Shown here piece by piece: positions 19,701 to 28,998 of a stretch of DNA of 64,000 nt. The DNA lies in contig JBAYNV010000003.1 in assembly GCA_041678685.1 (NCBI GenBank), forward strand, positions 24-64,023, read 5' to 3'. This DNA is from Clostridia bacterium (GTDB lineage: Bacteria > Bacillota > Clostridia > DUPQ01). The notes under the pieces are model-generated. The model ran no database searches and was not told the DNA's origin. It was given only the letters and a program-made list of their open reading frames with translations. A program made the position numbers and the translations under genes. The stretch's first letter is position 1, and every line of letters begins with the position of its first letter.

Positions 19701-19959
19701 AAATTCTCCTTGCATTGTAAATGCTTTAATGCTGCTATTTTATCACATAATCAAATGATTTAGTAATGTTCACACAATGTTTACATTATCAAGCCAAGTA
19801 TGCGGTGTTTATGTGAAAAAGAATAATTATTCAGATATTAAATGAATAAATACTACAATTTTCATCATTCAGCATCAGGCATTAGACGAAGGAATTAATA
19901 AAAAGTTCACATTTTAATCCCGCTGTGATATACTTTTTACGAGAGAGGGAAGTGGGTAA

Positions 19960-20421
19960 ATGCTAAAAAAATACGTCATAATGCCGGCATTGATAGCGGC
20001 TATATACTGTGCCCTTACGCTTATGTTCATGCCGATCAGTTTTGGCCCGGTGCAAGTCCGTATTGCCGAAGCGCTTACCATACTTCCATATTTCACTCCT
20101 TCAGCAATATATGGGTTGTTCATAGGATGCCTGCTGTCGAACATGATCGGCGGAGCCGGGATACTTGATATAGTGTTCGGTTCGCTTGCAACATTATTGG
20201 CAGCTTCACTCACACATGCATTAAAAAATAAATTTCTTGCTCCATGGCCTCCGGTAATAATAAACATGTTTGTAGTAGGATATATACTTAAAATATATTA
20301 TGGTATGGATTATTGGGTCGCAGTAGCTTCTGTCGGGCTTGGACAGATCATATCATGCTGCGGATTGGGTTATCTGCTTCTTTTCCAGTTGGATAAATAC
20401 AAGGACAGGTTATTCACATGA
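19960..20421 (+). CDS. Small polytopic membrane protein, possible QueT-family (queuosine precursor) / ECF S-component-like transporter
   Basis: 153 aa with 4-5 TM helices. PISFGPVQVRIAEALTILP resembles the QueT family from memory. I cannot verify this without a search. Confidence 0.4.
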   Translation: MLKKYVIMPALIAAIYCALTLMFMPISFGPVQVRIAEALTILPYFTPSAIYGLFIGCLLSNMIGGAGILDIVFGSLATLLAASLTHALKNKFLAPWPPVIINMFVVGYILKIYYGMDYWVAVASVGLGQIISCCGLGYLLLFQLDKYKDRLFT

Positions 20422-20678
20422 ATGGTGCGATAAATAAAAGGAATGTCATTGACTGGGTTTTGATCATTGTCTATTTCATTGCCAGCGCGTTCATAAATAA
20501 TGAAATATATAATAACTATCTGTTACTTGGATTGGCGATACTTGGTATCTGTATATCAGCCGCGATGCTTATTTTCAAAAAGGAAATGACCAAATCAGAG
20601 AACGTAAGGGAGATAATAGCGATATGTCTTTTAGTTTGTCTGGCTGTATATGCGATCATAAAAGTGACTGCGGCATAA
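20418..20678 (+). CDS. Small membrane protein (86 aa), hypothetical
   Basis: Two TM helices and a 4-nt overlap with the upstream gene. Confidence 0.4.
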   Translation: MNGAINKRNVIDWVLIIVYFIASAFINNEIYNNYLLLGLAILGICISAAMLIFKKEMTKSENVREIIAICLLVCLAVYAIIKVTAA

Positions 20679-20747
20679 CTATTGTGTTGAATTCCAAGTA
20701 TCGATATGTTATTATATCTTAGATATTTTAGTCACGGAGGTGTTCAG

Positions 20748-22007
20748 ATGGCGTCATTAAAAGGAGCTGCAATGTTCGGACAGTCAGGCGGTCCAACAGC
20801 AGTAATAAATGCAAGCGCATCGGGAGTTTTTCAGCAGGCGCTTAAAGAAAAAAGCATTACCGCGGTATATGGAGCGGCACATGGCATAAGAGGGATCCTG
20901 ACAGAGGAATTCTATGATATGTCTAAGGAAACTCAGGAACAGCTTGATCTTTTAAAGACAACTCCTTCTTCAGCATTAGGATCAGTGAGATATAAACTGA
21001 AAGACGCTGATGTAGAAGATACGGACTACAAGAGGCTTCTTGAGGTATTCAAAAAGTACAATATTAGGTATTTCTTCTATAACGGCGGGAATGACTCCAT
21101 GGATACGTGCAATAAGATAAGCAAATACATGGCAAGATCCGGTTATGAATGCAGAGTCATCGGTGTTCCAAAGACGATAGATAATGACCTTTCAGGAACA
21201 GATCACTGCCCGGGATACGGATCAGCGGCAAAATATGTTGCTACGACTATAATGGAAATATATCAGGATGCGAATGTATATGATACGCCCATGATAACGA
21301 TAATAGAGATAATGGGAAGGAATGCCGGATGGCTTACTGCTGCAAGCGTGCTTGCAGCATACAAAGGAGCAGGTCCGGACCTTATTTATCTTCCTGAAGT
21401 CCCGTTCACGATCGAAAAGTTCCTCTATGATGTTAAAAAAGTATATGACAGCAAAACAGATAAAAAAGTCATCGTAGCTGTATCGGAAGGATGCAAGAAC
21501 GCTGAAGGCAAGTATATTGCAGAGATGTCGCAGTCATCATTGGCAAAGGATGCTTTCGGACATGCACAACTTGGCGGTGCAGCTTCTGTACTTGGTGACA
21601 TAGTAAAAGATGCTTTCAAATGCAAAGTAAGATCTATAGAATTCAGCCTTATGCAGCGCTGCGGATCCCATGTGGGATCGCTTACAGATATAAATGAAGC
21701 CTTCCTGGCAGGTCAGGAAGCTGTTAAAGCTGCTGTCAGCGGTAAAACAGACTATATGGTAGCATTCGAAAGATCATACAGGAATGGACAATATGTGTGC
21801 AGCACAAAACTTATCGAGCTTTCTGCGGCTGCAAACACTGAGAAGACTGTTCCTATGGAATGGCTCAACGAGGAAAGAAACTTTCTTAAGAAAGAATTCG
21901 TTGATTATGCGCTTCCTCTTATACAGGGACCAAGCAATATGCCTCTTGAAGACGGACTGCCGAAATTTGCTAAATTGAATAAAGTATTGGTAAATAAAAA
22001 TATATAG
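20748..22007 (+). CDS. pfp: 6-phosphofructokinase, likely pyrophosphate-dependent (PFK group II/III)
   Basis: GGPTAVINAS, GGNDS, PKTIDND and MGRNAGW motifs. The start at 20748 is preceded by GGAGGTG. Confidence 0.85.
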   Translation: MASLKGAAMFGQSGGPTAVINASASGVFQQALKEKSITAVYGAAHGIRGILTEEFYDMSKETQEQLDLLKTTPSSALGSVRYKLKDADVEDTDYKRLLEVFKKYNIRYFFYNGGNDSMDTCNKISKYMARSGYECRVIGVPKTIDNDLSGTDHCPGYGSAAKYVATTIMEIYQDANVYDTPMITIIEIMGRNAGWLTAASVLAAYKGAGPDLIYLPEVPFTIEKFLYDVKKVYDSKTDKKVIVAVSEGCKNAEGKYIAEMSQSSLAKDAFGHAQLGGAASVLGDIVKDAFKCKVRSIEFSLMQRCGSHVGSLTDINEAFLAGQEAVKAAVSGKTDYMVAFERSYRNGQYVCSTKLIELSAAANTEKTVPMEWLNEERNFLKKEFVDYALPLIQGPSNMPLEDGLPKFAKLNKVLVNKNI

Positions 22008-22026
22008 TTAAAAAAGGAGATATATC

Positions 22027-22965
22027 ATGGCACTTATCACATCAAAGGTAATGTTCGAAAAAGCATACAAGGGTGGCTATGCCATCGGTGCTTTCAATGT
22101 AAACAATATGGAGATCATACAAGGAATAGTTGATGCGGCTAAAGAAGTTGATGCGCCGCTGATACTTCAGGTTTCAGCCGGAGCAAGAAAATATGCGAAG
22201 CATGTTTATCTTATGAAACTTGTAGAAGCTGCCGTTCTTGACACAGGTCTGCCTATATGCCTGCATCTTGACCACGGCGATGGATTCGACGTCTGCAAAT
22301 CATGCATAGACGGCGGATTCACATCTGTCATGATAGACGGATCACACTATACATTTGAAGAAAACATCAGAGAGACAAGAAGAGTTGTAGAATATGCCCA
22401 TGATAAGGGAGTTGTTGTTGAAGCTGAACTTGGCAGGCTTGCAGGTGTTGAAGATGCAGTCAATGTAAAAAAGGAAGATTCATCATATACAGATCCCGAC
22501 CAGGTAGAGGAGTTTGTTGCAAAGACCAATGTTGATTCTCTTGCGATCGCTATCGGAACAAGCCATGGCGCATATAAATTTGCAGGAACGCCAATGCTGA
22601 GATTTGACATACTTGAGGAAGTTCAGAAAAGACTTCCCGGGTTCCCGATAGTTCTTCACGGAGCATCGTCAGTCATTCCAGAATTTGTTGACACGATCAA
22701 CAAGTACGGCGGGAAGATGGCCGGAGCACAGGGAGTTCCTGAGGAAATGCTCAGAAAAGCTGCTGGCATGGCTGTATGCAAGATAAACATCGACTCAGAT
22801 CTCAGACTCGCCATGACTGCTGCAATAAGGGAGCACTTCTCGTTATATCCTGATCATTTCGACCCAAGACAGTATTTAGCTCCCGGAAGAGAGAATATTA
22901 AGAATATCGTAAAACATAAGCTTATCCATGTTCTCGGATGCAACAATACTGCAAAAGAATATTAA
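22027..22965 (+). CDS. fba: Class II fructose-1,6-bisphosphate aldolase
   Basis: AFNVNNMEIIQGIVDAA, LHLDHG, GTSHGAYKF motifs. Confidence 0.9.
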   Translation: MALITSKVMFEKAYKGGYAIGAFNVNNMEIIQGIVDAAKEVDAPLILQVSAGARKYAKHVYLMKLVEAAVLDTGLPICLHLDHGDGFDVCKSCIDGGFTSVMIDGSHYTFEENIRETRRVVEYAHDKGVVVEAELGRLAGVEDAVNVKKEDSSYTDPDQVEEFVAKTNVDSLAIAIGTSHGAYKFAGTPMLRFDILEEVQKRLPGFPIVLHGASSVIPEFVDTINKYGGKMAGAQGVPEEMLRKAAGMAVCKINIDSDLRLAMTAAIREHFSLYPDHFDPRQYLAPGRENIKNIVKHKLIHVLGCNNTAKEY

Positions 22966-23004
22966 GATGACGGAATAACGCCGCATTCATATGAATATTA
23001 TTAG

Positions 23005-23030
23005 AAAGCAGATAGCATCTGCTTTTTAAT
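23005..23030 (+). terminator. Rho-independent terminator after fba
   Basis: GCAGAT-agc-ATCTGC followed by TTTTTAATTT. Confidence 0.55.
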
Positions 23031-23052
23031 TTCTAAAGATTAGTATATAATA

Positions 23053-23664
23053 GTGAAAATAAGGAGCGGTAAATTGTTAGTAAAGAATTCTGAATACGTG
23101 ACCAGTGCGGTCGATATGGAGCAGTGTCCGGCTGATGATCTTCCTGAAGCGGTATTTTCAGGTAAATCAAATGTTGGGAAATCCAGTCTTATAAATGCTT
23201 TATGCAATAAGAAAAAACTTGCATATGTGGGGAATACTCCGGGTAAGACCAGGATGCTGAATTTCTTTTTGCTCAATGGCAATATGCGTTTTGTAGATCT
23301 TCCCGGTTATGGATTCGCAAAGGTATCAAAGGAAAAAAGAAGCTCATACAGCGGTCTTGCTGAAGAATTCATGCAGAAAAGAAAAAACATAAAGATCGTC
23401 ATACAGCTTCTCGATATCCGTCATGAACCATCTGAAGATGATATACAGATGATAGACTTTTTGAATCAGACCCAAATACCTTTTCTCATATCTGTCAGCA
23501 AGTGTGATAAGCTTTCTAAAGCGCAGTATATGAAAAGAGCAGGAGAGATCGTGGAAAAACTTCGCATAGACCCGGATACCCCTTTCATATTAACATCATC
23601 AGAAACAGGCCAGGGGATAGAAGAGATCTGGGATGCTATAGAATTTTATTGTTTTGGCGGGTGA
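23053..23664 (+). CDS. engB: Ribosome biogenesis GTPase YsxC/EngB
   Basis: GKSNVGKSSLIN (G1), DLPGYG (G3), SKCDK (G4). Confidence 0.85.
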   Translation: MKIRSGKLLVKNSEYVTSAVDMEQCPADDLPEAVFSGKSNVGKSSLINALCNKKKLAYVGNTPGKTRMLNFFLLNGNMRFVDLPGYGFAKVSKEKRSSYSGLAEEFMQKRKNIKIVIQLLDIRHEPSEDDIQMIDFLNQTQIPFLISVSKCDKLSKAQYMKRAGEIVEKLRIDPDTPFILTSSETGQGIEEIWDAIEFYCFGG

Positions 23665-23754
23665 TATGGCAATTTTCACAATATATTCACATTACAGGTG
23701 TAAAATAGGATAAATCAGGATCTAATAAAAATAAACGTAAAGGTTTGGATTAAA

Positions 23755-24813
23755 ATGAAGAATAACAAAATTGGTAAAGTACTGACGATCATAATGACAG
23801 CTTCAATGATACTGTCCCTTGGCGCATGCAGTAATGGCAGTTATGCAAACAGCAAATACATAACGCTGGCAAAATACGAAGGCGTTCAGATCCAGAATGC
23901 TGATATCGCAGTAACAGATGAAGAGCTTGCGGGTGAAATAGAATATATACTTAATGATTATGCTGAGAATGTCAAATATACTGAAGGTATAGTACAGGAC
24001 GGGGATGTAGCGAATATAGATTATGTAGGTACTGTAGATGGCGAAGCATTTTCTGGCGGAGCGGATACGGATTCTGATCTTGAAATAGGTTCCGGTTCAT
24101 TTATTGACGGATTTGAAGATGGGCTTATAGGCGTACAGGTAGGCGACACTGTCTCACTAGAACTGACGTTCCCGACTAATTACGCAGATTCAGATGGTAA
24201 TCTGTCTGATCTTGCAGGAAAAAATGCGGTATTTACTGTTACTGTGAACTATATCACAAGAGCGGTCGCTCCGGAATTTACGGATGAATTTGTTATAAGC
24301 CTGTCCCTGTCTTATACAACAACAGCTGAATATGAATCATATATTAAAGATGAATTATACCAATACAAGCTTAATAACGCAGTATGGGAAAAGATCATTG
24401 CAGAAACGGTACTTATTAATTATCCCGACAGCCTACAGGAAAAGATCGATACCGTAAGAGAATATTATGAATATTATCAGACATATTACGGATATGCAAC
24501 TTTCAATGAATTTACCGTAGCCGCACTTGACCAGACTGAAGAAGAATTCGATGCATGGAATCTTGCACAGAATCAGGAATATGTTATGCAGGAAATGATC
24601 TCGCAATCGATCGCCGAACTTGAGGATCTTTCACTGACCGAAGAGGAGATACAGGCAGGATATGAAAACTACGCTTCCTATTACGGATATGAAACTGTTG
24701 ATGAATTGCTTGAAGCATATGAAGAAGATTCCATCCAGGCCAATCTGCTGATAAACAAAGTACAGGAATATGTTACGGGAAAAGCTGTCGTCATCAATGT
24801 TGAAGGCGAGTAA
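23755..24813 (+). CDS. Lipoprotein with trigger-factor-like FKBP PPIase and C-terminal chaperone domain
   Basis: Lipobox LSLGAC. IDYVGTVDGEAFSGG...FIDGFEDGLIGVQVGDTVSLELTFP matches the trigger factor PPIase domain. The C-terminal half is helical and rich in Y/E/Q. Confidence 0.6.
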   Translation: MKNNKIGKVLTIIMTASMILSLGACSNGSYANSKYITLAKYEGVQIQNADIAVTDEELAGEIEYILNDYAENVKYTEGIVQDGDVANIDYVGTVDGEAFSGGADTDSDLEIGSGSFIDGFEDGLIGVQVGDTVSLELTFPTNYADSDGNLSDLAGKNAVFTVTVNYITRAVAPEFTDEFVISLSLSYTTTAEYESYIKDELYQYKLNNAVWEKIIAETVLINYPDSLQEKIDTVREYYEYYQTYYGYATFNEFTVAALDQTEEEFDAWNLAQNQEYVMQEMISQSIAELEDLSLTEEEIQAGYENYASYYGYETVDELLEAYEEDSIQANLLINKVQEYVTGKAVVINVEGE

Positions 24814-24843
24814 GCATCATTACCGCTAAAATCATAGTAAACA

Positions 24844-24872
24844 AAAAAATCCGTGAAAACGGATTTTTGTTT
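24844..24872. terminator. Bidirectional rho-independent terminator between convergent genes
   Basis: AAAAATCCG-tgaaaa-CGGATTTTT. Confidence 0.55.
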
Positions 24873-24904
24873 ATATATCAACCGGTCGTTATCGGATAGA
24901 TCTG

Positions 24905-25975
24905 TTACTCTACTTCCACCATCCAGTTGAACTTATCGGCAAGCCTGCCATACTGTGTGCCTGTCAGTGTGTCATAAAGTTTCTGAGAAACTGATCCTAT
25001 CATGTTGTTGTTTATGGTATATTTTTTGTCTTTGTAAATGAGTTCACCGACAGGAGAAATGACTGCAGCTGTCCCTGTCCCGAAACATTCCTGCATCCTG
25101 TTTTCCTTGAGGGCTTCGATCACATCATCTATCGATATCTTTTTTTCGTCAACTTCATAACCTAATGACTTCGCTATTTCCAGAGTGCTTTTTCTGGTTA
25201 TCCCAGGCAGGATGCTTCCTGAAAGTGCAGGAGTCACCACCTTATGGTCTATGACAAAGAAAACATTCATTGCGCCTACTTCCTCAATGTATTTGCTGTC
25301 ATGTGCATCCAGCCATAATGTCTGGATGCAATTCAGATTCAGGGCTTTTTCCTGAGCGATAAGGCTTGCAGCATAATTACCCATTGTCTTTACATGTCCC
25401 ATTCCGCCTTTTGAAGCTCTTTTATAAAAATCCTCGACATAGATGCTTGTAGGGTTGATACCGGTCGGATAATAAGCTCCTGACGGGCTCAATATTATGA
25501 TAAACATATATGTAGCTGAAGGATGTACTCCTAAGAACGGATCTGTTGATATAATGAAAGGACGGATATACAGGGAAGCTCCGGGAGCCCTTGGCACCCA
25601 GTCCTGATCGACTTTCACGGTCTCGATTATCGCCTGCACTATATCATCTTCAGGGATCTGCGGGATACAGAGCCTTTCACAGGATGACTGCATTCTTTTC
25701 GCATTCTCGGAAGGTCTGAAGAGAAGTATTTTGTTTTCTTTCGTCCTGTAGGCTTTAAGACCTTCAAATACACCCTGCCCATAGTGCAGTACATTAGTAG
25801 AGGGTTCCAATGATAAAGGTCCGTACGGTACTATCCTGGCGTCATGCCAGCCCTTATCCTTCGAATAATCCATTATAAACATGTGGTCAGAGAAATTTTT
25901 CCCGAATGCCAGTTTCGATTCATCGGGCCTTACTTTAGGATTTTTTGTTAACGTAACAGAAATATTCATATTCAT
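24905..25975 (-). CDS. ilvE: Branched-chain amino acid aminotransferase
   Basis: Class IV aminotransferase. GQGVFEGLKAYR and the catalytic Lys region are present. Confidence 0.9.
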   Translation of the reverse strand: MNMNISVTLTKNPKVRPDESKLAFGKNFSDHMFIMDYSKDKGWHDARIVPYGPLSLEPSTNVLHYGQGVFEGLKAYRTKENKILLFRPSENAKRMQSSCERLCIPQIPEDDIVQAIIETVKVDQDWVPRAPGASLYIRPFIISTDPFLGVHPSATYMFIIILSPSGAYYPTGINPTSIYVEDFYKRASKGGMGHVKTMGNYAASLIAQEKALNLNCIQTLWLDAHDSKYIEEVGAMNVFFVIDHKVVTPALSGSILPGITRKSTLEIAKSLGYEVDEKKISIDDVIEALKENRMQECFGTGTAAVISPVGELIYKDKKYTINNNMIGSVSQKLYDTLTGTQYGRLADKFNWMVEVE

Positions 25976-26064
25976 ATCCTTGCCTTAGACTTATTTTCAG
26001 TATATTATACTAAAATAGAAATGCAATTACAAATATAATTGCGATTATTTTTTAAGGCAGGACG

Positions 26065-26568
26065 ATGTACAGATTTTTACCTGATTATATGTCTGAAAGC
26101 ATATTAAAAATCGATTATGATACCCTATATGATATGGGTTATAGAGGCCTGTGTTTCGATATAGACAATACTCTTACCGAAATGAATACCACTGATGTAA
26201 AAGATGAAACCATTGCCCTTATAAGTTCCTTGAAGGAAAAGGGATTCAGAATATGCATATTATCAAATGCAGTAAGAAGAAGGACAGTTGAAGTAGCATT
26301 AAAACTTGATGTGGAATATGTACATATGGCGTTTAAACCCTTAAAAAAAGGATATATAAAGGCTATGGTCCTGTTAGGATTACCAGGTGGCAGCTGTGTT
26401 ATGATAGGGGATCAGTTATTTACTGATATAAAAGGCGGAAAAAAAGCAGGTTTTCTCACTATACTGACCAGTATCCTGAATGAAAAAGAATCAGCGGATA
26501 TAAGGTTTCGGAGGATATTTGAAAGGATCATAATAGAAAAATATGGAAGGGAGATCAAGGCGATATGA
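26065..26568 (+). CDS. HAD-IIIA phosphatase YqeG-like
   Basis: LCFDIDNTL motif I, ILSN, and GDQLFTDIKGGKKAG. Confidence 0.7.
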   Translation: MYRFLPDYMSESILKIDYDTLYDMGYRGLCFDIDNTLTEMNTTDVKDETIALISSLKEKGFRICILSNAVRRRTVEVALKLDVEYVHMAFKPLKKGYIKAMVLLGLPGGSCVMIGDQLFTDIKGGKKAGFLTILTSILNEKESADIRFRRIFERIIIEKYGREIKAI

Positions 26569-27410
26569 TACGATTCGGACCGGCAGGGAACGAAACATCA
26601 TTTTATGATGAGGGATATAAAAGCACATTCCAGGCAATGGAATGGCTTTCGAAGAAAGGCCTGGAGGCATACGAATACCAGTGCGGCAGAGGTGTCATGA
26701 TCGGAAGTTCAGCTGCATCACAGATACAGAAAGAAGCTGTTAAATACCACATACAGCTTTCCCTGCACGCTCCATATTTTATAAATATGGCGACTCTTGA
26801 ACCGGATAAAGTCATAAGTTCAAAAATGCATATGCAGAAATCATATGAAGCCGCTAAAATGCTTGGAGCCACAAGGGTATGCGTGCATCCGGGTTCATTC
26901 ATGGGGGATACGAGAGAAAATGCTACGAAAAGAGCGCACCTGTTCCTAAAGGATTTTCTAGATGAGATCAATGATGAGTCAGTCAGATTCTGCCCTGAGG
27001 TCATGGGTAAAATAAACCAGCTCGGCGATCTTGACGAGGTCATATATTTGTGCAGGAACGATGAAAGGATATTGCCTACTGTCGATTTCGGACATCTCAA
27101 CGCACGTACGCACGGAAGTCTTAAAACAACAGAGGATTTCGAAAAAGTCATCATGCATATGGAAAACGGCATAGGGACCGAACGTACGAGAATGATGCAT
27201 ATACACTTCAGTCAGATAGAATATACTGCAGGCGGCGAGAAAAAGCATCTTACATTCGAGGATACGGAATTCGGCCCTTACTTCATCAGATTCGTACCTG
27301 TCCTTATAAAACACAAAATGGAACCCGTGATAATATGTGAATCAGACGGCTCAATGGCAGCTGATGCTTTGAGATGCCGGGATATGTATTATGATCAATT
27401 GAAAAAATAA
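26565..27410 (+). CDS. Xylose isomerase-like TIM barrel / AP endonuclease family 2 protein
   Basis: TIM-barrel pattern with H/E/D metal ligands (LHAPYF, VHPGS, DFGHLN). Exact function unclear. Confidence 0.5.
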   Translation: MIRFGPAGNETSFYDEGYKSTFQAMEWLSKKGLEAYEYQCGRGVMIGSSAASQIQKEAVKYHIQLSLHAPYFINMATLEPDKVISSKMHMQKSYEAAKMLGATRVCVHPGSFMGDTRENATKRAHLFLKDFLDEINDESVRFCPEVMGKINQLGDLDEVIYLCRNDERILPTVDFGHLNARTHGSLKTTEDFEKVIMHMENGIGTERTRMMHIHFSQIEYTAGGEKKHLTFEDTEFGPYFIRFVPVLIKHKMEPVIICESDGSMAADALRCRDMYYDQLKK

Positions 27411-27429
27411 GCATTGGAGGAGACTTTGT

Positions 27430-28506
27430 ATGATAGATAAAAGAATAACTGAATTAAGAAAAATAATGGCTGTGAAAAATCTTGCCGGGGTTGTAATTAC
27501 ATCCAGGGAAAACCAGAGATATCTGTCTGATTTTTCCGGTATGGATAGTATATTGACTCTGACAAGGGACAATGCGTATTTCGGTACAGATTTCCGATAT
27601 ATCGAGGTTTGTCAGGAGTTAAAGAAACGCGGCTATAAAATAGTACTTCTCGAAAACGGTGCGAAAAGCATAGTCGAAATGTTTCAAGGCATCTATCCTC
27701 AAAAAGGTCTTAGAATAGGTTATGAAGGCGCGGCACCTGTGGCATATTTTCAGAATCTTCAGAAGGCATTCGATGAAGCGGTATATGTCGATGTTGCTGA
27801 GGATCTTCTACGCATCAGGTCTTTAAAGGATGAAGGTGAAATAGAAAAAATGCAGAAAGCCGCTTCGATAGCGGATATGGCTTTCACGCATATTTTAAAA
27901 GTGATCAAAGTAGGCATGACGGAAATGGAAGTTGCGGCAGAGCTCGAATATGTGATGAAGAAGAATGGTTCATCATATCCTTCATTCGATACCATAGCTA
28001 TAAGCGGTAAAAAAACCAGTATGCCTCACGGAGAACCGAGCAGTAAGATAATAGAAAACCATGATACCGTAACATTGGATTTCGGTGCCAACTATATGGG
28101 ATACTGCTCTGACATGACAAGAACATTTTTTATGGGGCATCCAATTGCTGAAATGGAAAAGATATACAAGATAGTATACAGGGCTCAGAAAGAAGCGCAG
28201 GACTATATCAAAGCCGGAGTGACAGGATTCGAAGCAGATAAAGTAGCAAGGGATATCATAACCAAAGAAGGGTATGGCAGCTGCTTTGGCCACAGCACAG
28301 GGCATGGAGTAGGCCTTCTTATACATGAGGAACCGCGGCTGTCAACAAAAAGCACGGCTGTATTGATGAGTAACATGGCTGTCACTGTCGAACCGGGAAT
28401 ATATGTGAGTGATCTGGGAGGAGTAAGGATCGAAAATACGGTCATAGTCACTGAGACAGGAGCGATACCATTAAATCATTCAAATAAGGAAATGCTGGTA
28501 ATCTGA
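27430..28506 (+). CDS. Xaa-Pro aminopeptidase/dipeptidase (M24B)
   Basis: Creatinase N-domain plus M24 metal ligands (DFGANYMGYCSDMTRT, HSTGHGVGL, EPG). Confidence 0.85.
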   Translation: MIDKRITELRKIMAVKNLAGVVITSRENQRYLSDFSGMDSILTLTRDNAYFGTDFRYIEVCQELKKRGYKIVLLENGAKSIVEMFQGIYPQKGLRIGYEGAAPVAYFQNLQKAFDEAVYVDVAEDLLRIRSLKDEGEIEKMQKAASIADMAFTHILKVIKVGMTEMEVAAELEYVMKKNGSSYPSFDTIAISGKKTSMPHGEPSSKIIENHDTVTLDFGANYMGYCSDMTRTFFMGHPIAEMEKIYKIVYRAQKEAQDYIKAGVTGFEADKVARDIITKEGYGSCFGHSTGHGVGLLIHEEPRLSTKSTAVLMSNMAVTVEPGIYVSDLGGVRIENTVIVTETGAIPLNHSNKEMLVI

Positions 28507-28961
28507 TGGAAATAAAATACTGTGAACTGCAGCTTAGTGATTTTGATATGTTATATGATCTGAGGACGGGGAGAAAAAACAGCCATCCTATTAAAGACAG
28601 ATATAACAGGATCAAAAACGGTACGGACAGCTGTTATGTTGCAGTTTTTGAAGGGCGGATCTTAGGTGATATAACAGTCACGTACATATCCAAAGATGAA
28701 TATGCGACAGTCAGGGATGAGCGGGCGTATATATCAGGTCTGCTTATCAAAGATGGATACAGGAACAAGGGTATAGGATCCGCACTTTTAAAGTACGCTA
28801 CTGATGAGATGAAAAGAAAAAAATATCATGAAGCGACCGTTCTTGTCGATGCTGAAAATATTACAGCAAAAAAGTTATATATTAAGAACGGATTTATACT
28901 ATACAAAGAGTATTATTTAGGTGATACTAAGTATGAGCTTTTGCTGTATGACATGAGATAA
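28506..28961 (+). CDS. GNAT family N-acetyltransferase
   Basis: YRNKGIGSALLKYA acetyl-CoA binding motif. Confidence 0.75.
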   Translation: MEIKYCELQLSDFDMLYDLRTGRKNSHPIKDRYNRIKNGTDSCYVAVFEGRILGDITVTYISKDEYATVRDERAYISGLLIKDGYRNKGIGSALLKYATDEMKRKKYHEATVLVDAENITAKKLYIKNGFILYKEYYLGDTKYELLLYDMR

Positions 28962-28998
28962 TGTATTTGCTCGTATGGCTAAAATCACTTAAGCGATC

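Noticed and set aside
19716-19959. preQ1 riboswitch upstream of the QueT-like gene
   Set aside because: I looked for the preQ1-I (5-bp stem, A-rich tail, CUA) and preQ1-II patterns and found no convincing match by eye. It is kept only as a hypothesis for a covariance-model scan.
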